DNA of 64,000 nucleotides from Desulfuromonadales bacterium (GTDB taxonomy: Bacteria > Desulfobacterota > Desulfuromonadia > Desulfuromonadales > JACZKF01), in NCBI GenBank assembly GCA_041677125.1, contig JBAYQP010000007.1:13998-77997 (forward strand), in the 5' to 3' direction. The position numbers were made by a program, and so were the translations under genes. Below are positions 63,066-64,000 of this stretch, piece by piece (within the stretch, counting starts at the first letter, position 1; each line of letters begins with the position of its first letter). Below the pieces are notes generated by a model. That model worked only from the letters and a program-made list of their open reading frames with translations. It had not been told where the DNA came from and did no database searches.

Positions 63066-63096
63066 AAAAAGACCGCCGAAAGGCGGTCTTTTTTTT
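63066..63096 (+). terminator. Rho-independent terminator after the tRNA pair
   Basis: Stem AGACCGCC/GGCGGTCT with a GAAA tetraloop, followed by T8. Confidence 0.85.
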
Positions 63097-63284
63097 GCAA
63101 ACAACCTGCCTAAGACTTGGCTTTTCCCGTTGTTCAAATTTCCCGGTTTGATTATACTCATGACCTGAACAAGAGCGGAGCTTGCGTCTCGCTCTTGTTT
63201 TCGGTTTGACCACCTGAAAGTCTCCGCATCTTCAACCCCCCGGCCCGGTCGGGGGATTTTTCCTGCTCCCCCACCGGAGTCCCC

Positions 63285-64000
63285 GTGCGTTTCTGGCGCT
63301 TGAATCTCATCACCAAGCTGACCCTGGTGACCAGCCTGACCCTGCTGCTGGCCATGCAGGGCTTCGCCTTTTTCAACCTGCGCACCCTGCGCCAGATGAT
63401 TTTGGAAAAATCGGTTTCCGAAGTCGACAACCTGAGCGAAACCCTTCTGCACACCACGTATTATCAGATGCTGGAAGACGATCGCCAGCGCGTTTACCAG
63501 ATGATGAAGGAGGTCGGCACGCAGCGGGGGATCGAGCTGATTCGCCTGATCAACAAAGACGGGGAGATCATTTATTCGACCCACCAGGAAGAAATCGGCT
63601 CAATGTTGCAAAAGGAAGTCGATAGCGCCTGCAAAATGTGCCACACGGACGAGACCACGCTATTGCATGCCAGCTCGATGAACCGCAGCCGCTTGTTTCG
63701 CAACGGCGAGGGCCAGGAAGTGCTGGGGATGGTGAAGGCCATCTACAACGAGGAGAGCTGTTCGACGGCAAGTTGCCACTTTCATCCGGAGGATGTCGAC
63801 CTGCTCGGTGTTCTGGATGTCACCGTTTGCCTCGACGAAATGCGGGCGGCGCTGAAAAATTATCGCAACGATCTGTTGCTGGAAACATTCATCCTCATTT
63901 TCTCCCTGTGTTTGTGCCTGTCCCTGCTCACCCGGGTCATGGTGCAGCGGCCGGTGGAGACTTTGTTACGCCATACCCGGGCCCTCGCCCGAGGCGAATG
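63285..64000 (+). CDS. Sensor protein (probable histidine kinase), N-terminal part with a periplasmic c-type haem motif; runs off the window
   Basis: This ORF is not in the track because it is open-ended. GTG 63285 lies 5 nt after GGAG, and the in-frame stop upstream is at 63207. My translation is VRFWRLNLITKLTLVTSLTLLLAMQGF...(TM1)...CKMCH...CSTASCH...LLLETFILIFSLCLCLSLL(TM2)...RPVETLLRHTRALARGE (HAMP-like). Confidence 0.65.
   Translation, partial: MRFWRLNLITKLTLVTSLTLLLAMQGFAFFNLRTLRQMILEKSVSEVDNLSETLLHTTYYQMLEDDRQRVYQMMKEVGTQRGIELIRLINKDGEIIYSTHQEEIGSMLQKEVDSACKMCHTDETTLLHASSMNRSRLFRNGEGQEVLGMVKAIYNEESCSTASCHFHPEDVDLLGVLDVTVCLDEMRAALKNYRNDLLLETFILIFSLCLCLSLLTRVMVQRPVETLLRHTRALARGE

Noticed and set aside
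62789-63284. Integrative element or integrase next to the tRNA-Gln/tRNA-Glu pair
   Set aside because: There is no integrase, recombinase or transposase ORF, and no direct repeat of the tRNA 3' ends, in the flanking sequence. The only ORFs here are antisense artefacts that overlap the tRNAs.

Overview
This is a 64-kb high-G+C bacterial chromosomal segment coded almost entirely on the + strand; only rarA, a PilZ gene and a MucR/Ros gene are on the - strand. The gene content (MucR/Ros regulator, haem-c sensor kinase, EtfAB plus membrane Fe-S oxidoreductase, AmmeMemoRadiSam genes, sigma54-type promoters) suggests an anaerobic Geobacter/Desulfuromonas-like deltaproteobacterium, but this is inference only. 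Bases 1-29.5 kb are housekeeping: the rodA 3' end, amrS, rarA, nadK, recN, secA, argJ, deoC-deoB, valS, tRNA-Cys, amrB, gltX and metY. Signalling genes are interspersed: a PilZ pseudo-receiver, MucR/Ros, and a response regulator with a long acidic Trp-motif linker. Bases 29.9-62.8 kb form a ~33-kb surface-polysaccharide locus made of five parts. (1) Two pectate-lyase-fold proteins with sigma54-like promoters, one of them a 1142-aa chimeric lipoprotein. (2) An AT-richer cassette with GT2, three GT4, a Wzy-like polymerase, a Wzx flippase, a pyruvyl transferase and a FemAB-like enzyme. (3) etfBA plus a membrane Fe-S oxidoreductase. (4) A carrier-protein / arginase-fold / ACAD-fold / NRPS-type adenylation / GNAT tailoring cassette. 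(5) A PglC/PglE/PglF-like amino-sugar pathway and an OM-barrel/Wza/Wzc export set. The locus is closed by tRNA-Gln and tRNA-Glu, followed by a haem-sensor histidine kinase that runs off the window. The best candidate for new biology is the carrier-protein tailoring cassette with its own ETF/quinone electron sink inside the glycan locus. I recognised no rRNA, CRISPR, transposase, integrase or phage genes. Many long antisense or alternate-frame ORFs in the track are high-G+C artefacts.
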